A stretch of DNA of 35,976 nucleotides from Catajapyx aquilonaris (lineage: Eukaryota), in NCBI GenBank assembly GCA_000934665.2, contig JYFJ02003978.1, positions 1 to 35,976 of the forward strand, written 5' to 3'. The notes beneath the pieces are model-generated. The model was not told where the DNA came from. It did not search any database and saw only the letters and a program-made list of their open reading frames with translations. Made by a program: the position numbers and the translations under genes. This document shows, piece by piece, positions 33,401 to 35,976 of this stretch. Position 1 is the first letter of the stretch. Each line of letters begins with the position of its first letter.

Positions 33401-34867
33401 ACTTTACACAAATCGGGTAAAAAGTTAGGTACTTGCTTGTCTGCATGCAATAGTTTTGAAATCTCACATTTACTTTGCACATGCAGTAATGGGTAGCCTA
33501 TAACCTTCAAAACTGTGTAAAGTATCCCCTTCTGACAGGTATCAAAATTTTTGTTAAATAAGTTGGTCTTATTCACCCCCATCTTACTGTACCATATTCT
33601 ATGTAATAGTAACAAATGCAGTGTTACTACAAGACAATCCTTTTATTTAATACACAATGTTTGTAACATGAGCTACCGCGTCACAGAGTAACTAATGTTA
33701 GTACATAAAACTTATTAATATGCTGGGAAACAAATTAGCCTTGTGCATCTCTGGAAATTGAACTCAAGACCTCTGAATTGGAAGGTCGGAAGGCATATTT
33801 CGTAACCTGATATTTTTTTTACGAAATAACATTTCTGAAAAATCCATATCATTTTCTCGATCACTCTTGATTAAAACACTGCATCTACATCACGCATGAC
33901 AAAAAGGATGCGATAAGTGCACTCTAGGTAACACATTAGCATTTAGAGATTTCCTATATGTGCAGCTGTGTGAATACCAACCCTCTTATAACTCTAAACA
34001 CACTACTCACAGAAATACAGTATACTATTGTACTTCCCTCCAAAATATTGTTCTACCTACTACTTGTTTCTACACTAACAAAAAAGTTTATAGTTGAATA
34101 TGCTCTAAATTGTTTTTTTCCCTACAATTCATAGAATGCAAAACCTAATACATGTAGCTTACTATATTGATTCATAGATAAAAGAATGTAAATAATTTTC
34201 AGCAATGCTATTGATTCTGCTGCATTTTGGCAAATGGCAGTACTAGCAGAAACCACTGAATTTCTATAATCTTGAAAGTAATTAAAAATTTGTACTTTAA
34301 TTCATAAAAGCAGCCATAATCAATGATTGAACATTGTATATTGCTGATCTACACCAGTATAAATTGTTATTTACAACTGTCATGGCTTAGGAAGGTATCG
34401 TCCTTATGAACTACCTGCATGCACAAATTTTTAAACTGGTTAGCTTCAGTAATCAGGTACATTCATGGATATTGCAACAACGCGCTTTTTGTAAAATAAC
34501 ACGAAATGAATATACTGTACCATAGCTATAAGGTTCAGTAAAAGTGCAAATATCGCCCTCTTTCAAAATTTAATCTTAAAAACCAACCCAGATGTGTACA
34601 CTCACCTTCAAAAAAGTACCGATTAGCTGCATAAACCTTAGAAAAGCTGCATCTCAAAAGTCAAAATTCACCATGATGAACATTAATGTTCAAAGCACTA
34701 TCTACTTTTAAGGACACAGAGCATTTTAAGTGGTCAACTAGTTTCGTATCATGTTTCACCCGCATGTACTACACCCTTGTTTTTTTCTCAATCTTCGTCA
34801 ACTGTTCGTTTGACAAATTCAAGCATAATTTAAGCATAATGAAGTGACTTTCTCAAGACAAAAAGGG

Positions 34868-35135
34868 CGACACGGTGGCGAAGTGGTTAGCGCCACAGTC
34901 TTCCACCTCTAAGGTCCCGAGTTCGATCCCCGGGTCGCGCAGAGGATACTTATGTGGATAGAGTTTCGATGGGTTCTCTCCGTGTTCGCGTGGGTTTTTC
35001 TCGGGGTTCTCCCGTTTCCTCCCGCAATCAAAATCTATCACACGCAGGCAATGATTAAAGTCGGTTCAAGAAAAGATGATCCCCTAAAAGGCCCAAGGCC
35101 TATCACGGGGTATCCATTATTTGATTATTATTATT
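34868..35135 (+). mobile_element. V-domain SINE (V-SINE-like) with tRNA head and (ATT)n tail
   Basis: A box TGGCGAAGTGG and B box GAGTTCGATCCC. The core GTTCTCTCCGTGTTCGCGTGGGTTTTTCTCGGGGTTCTCCCGTTTCCTCCC matches the V-SINE central domain as recalled. Identical 21-bp direct repeats at 34847-67 and 35136-56. Confidence 0.92.
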
Positions 35136-35588
35136 ACTTTCTCAAGACAAAAAGGGAGCTGCATGTGAAACATGTGACGTAACTAGTCAAAGCCCTGCTT
35201 ATGCTAAAAGTGAAAATAAAATTCATAATCTTGACATCGTTAAATGATAATGGAACAGCCTGCATGTAAAATAAGAGGCGAAGTCAGGAAGTTCAAATTT
35301 CGTAAACTTTAACTAAGTCAGTTACGGCATTATCCGATATGATTTTTTTATCCTACATTGGTGATGAACATTGGCCCGGAAGACGTTTTAGGTGGTCCGT
35401 CCGAGTCGCTCCCGGAACTTCGGATCACCGATACTATTGATGTCTCAGGGCTTCGAAAAAGAAATCGGTACATAACTCCTGCAGAAAGGCCTCCCAGTAG
35501 CGGTCCTAACCAGTACACCTGAAATGTTATAACAATATTTTGTAGAGTACAATACCGTAATTACATCTAATAATGCCCTTTGTTTGCG

Positions 35589-35623
35589 ATAATACTGTTG
35601 ACATTAAATGTCAACAGTATTAT
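35589..35623. repeat. Short palindrome (35 bp)
   Basis: ATAATACTGTTGACATT-A-AATGTCAACAGTATTAT. Confidence 0.93.
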
Positions 35624-35807
35624 GTTGGTTTTGCTATAAATAGCATCTTTAATTTTTAGAAAAACCCTGCATTGTTGAATTTTGTCAGTTATTTTTCCAT
35701 ATAACCTACAAAAAAAATTGTAGGTTATATGGAAAAATAACTTACAAAATTCAACAATGCAGAGTTTTTCTAAAAATTAAAGATGCTATTTATAGCAAAA
35801 CCAACAT
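35622..35807. repeat. Near-perfect 186-bp AT-rich palindrome
   Basis: Arms of ~90 bp (ATGTTGGTTTTGCTATAAATAGC...AACCTACAA / TTGTAGGTT...GCAAAACCAACAT) with a short A loop and 2 mismatches. Confidence 0.95.
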
Positions 35808-35976
35808 TACATAATAAAACCTCTAAGTTATCTTTTTGACACACGTTTGTGCTGACAATAGCCTCAGTACCTTGATTCCATTAATAACATGGCATCAATA
35901 GACTATTGTTTATACCCAAAGCGGCTAAGGCGTCCGTTACTATATAATAATTAAGGTGAAGTGGGGGAAGTGCACA

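Noticed and set aside
32585..33420. Plus-strand open frames after AG sites (FVNVQWDES..., DVVRRLLRRDETH...) as exons of a second gene
   Set aside because: No recognisable homology and no convincing donor/phase chain.
33750..33797. Further SINE head on the minus strand (GAGTTCAATTTCC)
   Set aside because: Too degenerate; no A box, tail or TSD could be established.

Overview
Eukaryotic, intron-rich invertebrate genomic DNA. The + strand carries the 3' portion of an NMDA-type glutamate receptor subunit 2 gene (GluN2/Nmdar2/nmr-2 type). I resolved 17 GT-AG exons between 2953 and the stop codon at 26704-26706. Their splice phases join into one open frame of about 812 codons, covering the distal amino-terminal domain, S1, M1-M3, S2, M4 and a C-tail ending in the PDZ-type motif ETVL. 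I found no 5' exons, so they probably lie upstream of the window. Introns and the downstream region are packed with non-autonomous mobile elements. These include five tRNA-headed SINEs with related 3' hairpin tails (one with a V-domain core, three with clear long target-site duplications), several MITEs or foldback elements, and several near-perfect tiny-loop palindromes. The most unusual signals are a degenerate hammerhead-ribozyme-like core antisense in the intron before the pore exon, a tRNA-like Pol III cassette inside a MITE, the modular SINE architecture, candidate alternative splicing of the C-tail and S1 loop, and a receptor sequence that mixes nematode-like and arthropod-like features. 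Comparisons to known proteins and repeats are from memory, not from searches. No prokaryotic-type system, CRISPR array or true tRNA/rRNA gene was seen.
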